Source: Dendrobates tinctorius
Taxonomy: Eukaryota
Reading direction: 5' to 3'
NCBI RefSeq assembly: GCF_039654945.1
Contig: NW_027361924.1
Coordinates: 9,052,001-9,116,000 of the forward strand
Length of the DNA stretch: 64,000 nucleotides
A program made the translations under genes and the position numbers. The notes under the pieces are model-generated. The model was not told where the DNA came from. It ran no database searches and saw only the letters and a program-made list of their open reading frames with translations. Below are positions 61,554 through 64,000 of this stretch, in pieces (position 1 is the first letter of the stretch; each line of letters opens with the position of its first letter).

Positions 61554-62991
61554 TCTGGTTTGGCTTTTATCCTAAGTCATGTAACTAGGCTCATTAAAGG
61601 GTCAACATTGACTTTTAGGATTGCTACTTCCAATAGGTGGCACTAAAGTTCTAGTCCTCTTCCTCTCTGAAGAGACAATTTGCATAATTAGCTCCTTCAC
61701 AATAGAATGCACATAATATTGGAGTTTGGACAAGTAATTTTAAATAAAAAACAACTTATATTGTTAGTAAACATATTCTGTTTTATGAATGTTATGTGTC
61801 TTTATTATTGCGTTCAAAAAAGGGAGCATGATTAATTATATGAAGTTACCACCTAGCCTTCATTTTCTCATAGCTTTTTGCCCTTATCATTATTTTAGAA
61901 AGAGTTTGGCTGCAAATAACTCTACACAAGAAATGCAATTTGTAGAATGTTACTGGAGTATAACACTTTATTGGCTGCAGGACTCTGAAGACAGTTCTCG
62001 TTGACGTGCTCACATCCTCCTTCCCATGCTCTTGCTCTTTAAACCCATGCTCAGTTCCATCTGTACATTTTTAAGACATGCCCTTCAACATATATAAGTT
62101 TTATGCATATATCGAGGGTGCCTATAGTGTGTATTCTGCCACAGACATGACAAGAACTCGTATAGTAACTTTGGAAGAGAAGCATGGACCAGAGGTTACC
62201 AATCTGGTGTGATGGGAGATGAAGGTGTGCTGGTCCATGCAAAAGAAAACAAGGAGTATCTTGCTCAAATATGTGATTTCTCTGACCAGTTATGTCTGAA
62301 AATTGCGGACGTGACTGAATTTTGTGCCAAAATTCATTTGCTTGAACATTTTGCAGGCGTTGCCTGCCATTAAAACGAGCATTGCCTCAACCCAGACAAA
62401 ATTAGCGCATGCGGCAAATTTTTGTCTTTCTTCTGCACTTGTATATAGAAAAATAAGTGACCACTGCTATTCATGGGCAGGCCATTGGGCACAAGTACAG
62501 CACGCTGATTAAAAAAAAGTCCCTGAGCCAAAGATCAGGGACACAACTTTATATGCCAGGTAGAGAACTCTACGGATGCATATTGCAAATTTCAGAGCTA
62601 TCCCTTATAACAAAAGGCTACAACACGTGGATGCAATATGGAGAGTCGTATGACACATGGGAAGGTTTTAATCCTGGACAAGTTATGACAGTTCCAATGG
62701 GTGCAGATTGTCGTGGTGGGATGGCTTTCATGCTTTTTTTTTTATCAAAATAGTGCTGACTAAGCACCCTATGCTATTTACATGTACCATCATTATTCAG
62801 TTATTTGTTGTAGAGTGTATGCTCATTTTGTTTTGTGGAAGGTTTTTTTGGCTTCAATATACAGCGGCAGCATTCAGTTGATGACAGGATAGCTATTAAA
62901 GGTCCCCATATCTTCCTTACACCCAAGGCACTTGTCCATTTTACTTCCTGCCTAATAAAAAATAATATCTTGGGTCGGACCTTTGGTCATT

Positions 62992-63972
62992 AGACATGAG
63001 CAAATTTATTCAAGTGAAATCAAATTCTCTTTGAATATTACGAAATTGTATAGTCTCCAGAATACAAATTGCTTGTAATTCACTCCATGGAAATACAGTA
63101 AAATGGCGAGTAGGTTAATAGTTATTATCCCAAATCCTTCGTCTCCCCAGACCTCAGAGCATAAAAGGGAACATTAAATTCACAGACAATAGCTTTGAAG
63201 CTAATCGAATATCATGGTGAAATCTACGCCATATGCCAAATTTGAATTTCTGCAGATTAGACCTTGTCTGAGATTTTTTTCAGAATTTATCCAATTTTAT
63301 TATATGCTAAGTAAGTTGTGAAAAATTTCACCAATTGGTGAATAAACAAAAAAATAAATCTCTCGACATACAAGTAATGAACGGATCTGCTGAAATTCGA
63401 GCTTGACACTTCACTCAAACTTTATCTGAAAATTTGATTTCATTGCATTGAATTTCTTTGAATGTGCTTTATTGTGCTCAACATTCACCTGACCCACTCG
63501 TGCTTCTTAACATCCAGTGGTATCTTTTCTTCTCCTTCATGGCACATAATATGTTCTTCCTTCATATTAACTCTGCACTGGGATTTCCAGCCTTGACTAT
63601 TCCTCTGATATCACGACACATGTCTTTATGACTTGCATCACTTGATGTCCTGACTTGGCTCTAGATGACAATTGTCATGTTGTCAGAGGTCTACTCATGG
63701 GTAGAAGCACAGAGAGAATATGGGGAAAGAAGACGTTGCGTTACATGGAACAGTAAAGAACTGGGCAGACAGAGCCAGAGGATCGGAAATGGAGCTGTGC
63801 AGGCAGGACCTGTAGGCAACAACGACCTCTTTCCCAGATCTCAGCACATTGGTGGACATCTGGCTGCCATTTTGCTGGATACATCTGACACAAATCACAA
63901 CACAATTTGGAAACGAGAGAATGAAAATTTTTGTAAAATTCTACAGAAATTTAACTGATTCGCTCCTCTCTA
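62992..63972. mobile_element. Decayed hAT-derived MITE(s)
   Basis: TIR-like tagacatgagcaaa (62992) and ttcgctcctctcta (ends 63972). No TSD recognisable, so possibly two elements. Confidence 0.5.
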
Positions 63973-64000
63973 CTTCCTACATTTATAGTGTAATATGTCG

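Larger units (their letters stand above)
61129..61691 (+). mobile_element. Hammerhead-bearing non-autonomous retroelement (retrozyme / satellite-2-like), 1.6 x 326-bp unit
   Basis: 61156-61365 is repeated at 61482-61691. 5' inverted piece 61126-61157 is the reverse complement of 61430-61461. 13-bp TSD ctccttcacaata at 61116-61128 and 61692-61704. No ORF. Confidence 0.85.

Overview
This is vertebrate genomic DNA, most likely from a frog (inferred from the repeat families). It is part of an olfactory-receptor (OR) cluster with three intact single-exon class II OR ORFs (519-1469, 34030-34980, 58478-59413). The first two belong to a ~33.5-kb tandem duplication. Most of the remaining sequence is nested transposable elements: chromodomain-bearing Gypsy LTR retrotransposons (two near-complete copies, older remnants and solo LTRs), two large hAT DNA transposons with BED-finger transposase pseudogenes and internal tandem arrays, a third decayed hAT family, Tc1 elements, CR1 and L2 fragments, MITEs, minisatellites and three fold-back (Penelope-like) insertions. 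Four observations stand out. (1) A 563-bp TSD-flanked insertion at 61129-61691 holds 1.6 tandem copies of a 326-bp ORF-less unit. Each copy has an intact minimal hammerhead ribozyme, and the unit carries octamer/SPH/PSE-like snRNA promoter motifs, so it resembles a retrozyme or newt satellite 2. (2) A decayed ~470-bp 18S rRNA fragment sits as cargo inside a hAT transposon (9219-9690). (3) One Gypsy family has an 11-nt self-priming PBS and 6-bp TSDs at three independent insertions. (4) Divergence across the OR duplication is mosaic. All identities and counts are hand estimates; no alignments or database searches were run.
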